DNA of 63,973 nucleotides, counting the filler, from Rhabdomonas costata (lineage: Eukaryota): NCBI GenBank assembly GCA_019059605.1. It is 30 parts of 30 records of this genome, joined end to end, with 100 filler letters (N's around TTAATTAATTAA, not from the genome) between each part and the next. Parts side by side here need not be neighbours in the genome. Positions count along the whole stretch, not along the records: positions 61,941 to 63,973 come from JAHMHO010006237.1; 29 more parts are not named here. The stretch is one strand, 5' to 3'. The position numbers and the translations under genes were made by a program. The stretch's first letter is position 1; each line of letters begins with the position of its first letter. Under the pieces are notes generated by a model that was not told where the DNA came from, did not search any database, and saw nothing but the letters and a program-made list of their open reading frames with translations. This document shows positions 62,400 to 63,973 of the stretch, piece by piece.

Positions 62400-63923
62400 C
62401 CGCAGGGTGTCGTCCTCAAGGTTCTCCCCGATCACCGCCATGACGGTGTACGACCACAACCGTCGCCGCTCAGCGCAGGGCAGATTCTTCGCCACCCACC
62501 TTCCCCCGTTCCGGTTCATCGGGTCCTGCGTGCGGGCGTGGGCAAGTGCGCGATCAATCGGAAGTGGAACGCAGAGAGGTGGTCGGAGTACAAGTCTTAA
62601 TCCTCGTTGGGTTTCGTAGAAAGCAGGGCGAGTGTGGGCACGCCACTGGGAGCCACTAGATTTTGACCCTGGGTCTGTATTTGCCTTCGCCCTCAATACA
62701 GCCTTTCAAATGTAAGCCGTTCCGGTTGAATGCCACCTACCCCAGAGATTCAATGCAAAAAAGTGGGAGGAGGCTATCCCTAAAGCCTTCTTTTTCTCTC
62801 TCTCTCTCTCTCTGTTTCTAGACCTGAAAGTTATTGCCCAAATTGATCACGAGCTGCTCTGAACGCCGAATACGGTACTTATGGACTGCAGCCTCTGATC
62901 GAGTGATCGACCAGGTAACATCGCACACAGATACTCATAGTAAAGACAACAATGGAGTTGGTCTACCGATCAACATTTCAAAATACAAGCTCATGGAAGC
63001 AAAAAAAACCGATGGCCCGAAAACGCATGAATGGATGCAGCCAGGTGCGTGACATGCTACCGGGAATAACAGGCAACACAGGGAGTATGCTTTTAAAAAC
63101 GCGTGCGTTTGAAAAGCGTGACTTTCCTCTACGATGCCGAATAACCCCATTAAACTTGTCCGTTGGATAAGAAAACGTATGGGAGATGGGAATAGCAAAA
63201 CGCCAGCAGTAACAGAACCATAGGAACGCCGCAAAGGGTAGAGGGCAACAACGATATAAGGATGGGGAACGCTGGGAGGATGGGCAGAGACAAACCTCCC
63301 ACAGGGGTTTGGTTCCTCTGCGGAACATTCGGAGGTTGCAGTTGTCCTTCAGCTGCCCCACGTTGAGGTGGTTCCAAAAGCTCCAGAACCCTATGCCCCC
63401 CCCCAAGGGACACAAAACTGAACCGCCAGCAACGGTTGCCATGTTTCAGCATCAACCTGTCACAATAATAATAAGCCCGCGTCATCTCAGAAGCACTCCT
63501 CGAAATTACTACAGGGAGTCAGCTCCGTGACTTTTTGAGGTGTTAATCTGGATAAGGGTAATGCCGTTACGTTACACGGGCATGGACGACGGGAGGTGGT
63601 AAGAATGGTATAAGAATCTGTTGCATGACTTTATTAAGGAAAACAGAAAAAAAACATTCCATAATCGTAACTGGATGTTGCCCTGCTTTCCTGCTGCGCA
63701 AAGACTTGCACTCGAGGTCAGCTTTCCTCATTCCCTACCGCCCATACACACCTTCGATGGTGGAGAAGGACCCCAGCTCCTCCAGCGCCTCGCTGAAGGG
63801 CACGTCGGAGGGGCGGTACACGCTGTCAAACCAGAACGTCCACTCGTGCTCCAGCTCGTGCTGCTCCGGCACTGGCAGGGTGCACGTCGGGCTGGAGTTC
63901 GACGACGCCCCGGCCTCCAGCAA
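62400..63923 (-). CDS. eIF4E: eIF4E-family cap-binding protein; exons about 63923-63752, 63390-63296, 62525-62400
   Basis: HELEHEWTFW, FSTIEGFW, FRRGTKPLWE-DPMNRNGGRW, LWSYTVMAVIGE; GT-AG joins in frame. Confidence 0.93.
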
Positions 63924-63973
63924 CTTAGCCTGCCCCCAGCACAGCCGAAAGGAACCCAGGTGCCCAACCCCCC

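Overview
This window is not one locus. It is 30 unrelated contigs of about 2.03 kb, joined by 100-bp artificial spacers (N44-TTAATTAATTAA-N44, stops in all six frames), so synteny cannot be read across spacers. The DNA is from an intron-rich eukaryote with GC-rich exons. A euglenozoan (euglenid-like) protist is the best inference, based on an HslU ATPase, a receptor-adenylate-cyclase-like architecture and splice acceptors just upstream of start codons. Hand-spliced gene fragments: DUF676 lipase, PMCA Ca-ATPase, DYRK-like kinase, mL49, tartronate-semialdehyde-reductase-like enzyme, GBA2, NOT2, HID1, alpha/beta hydrolase, MATE, P4 flippase, GH20 hexosaminidase, a PstS-domain membrane receptor, hemerythrin, cold-shock protein, HslU and eIF4E. 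Mobile DNA: an intron-containing DD34E Tc1-like transposon, a 65-bp-TIR MITE-like element and a (TG)n-associated dispersed repeat. The most notable signals are (1) four GC-AG introns among roughly 35, all with donor AG|GCATG, plus a general +4 pyrimidine donor bias; (2) the Tc1 transposase whose DD34E triad forms only after GC-AG splicing; (3) the PstS-TM-(cyclase-like) receptor. Contig ends carry a G/T-only primer signature typical of whole-genome amplification. All assignments are by eye from motif recall; no searches were run.
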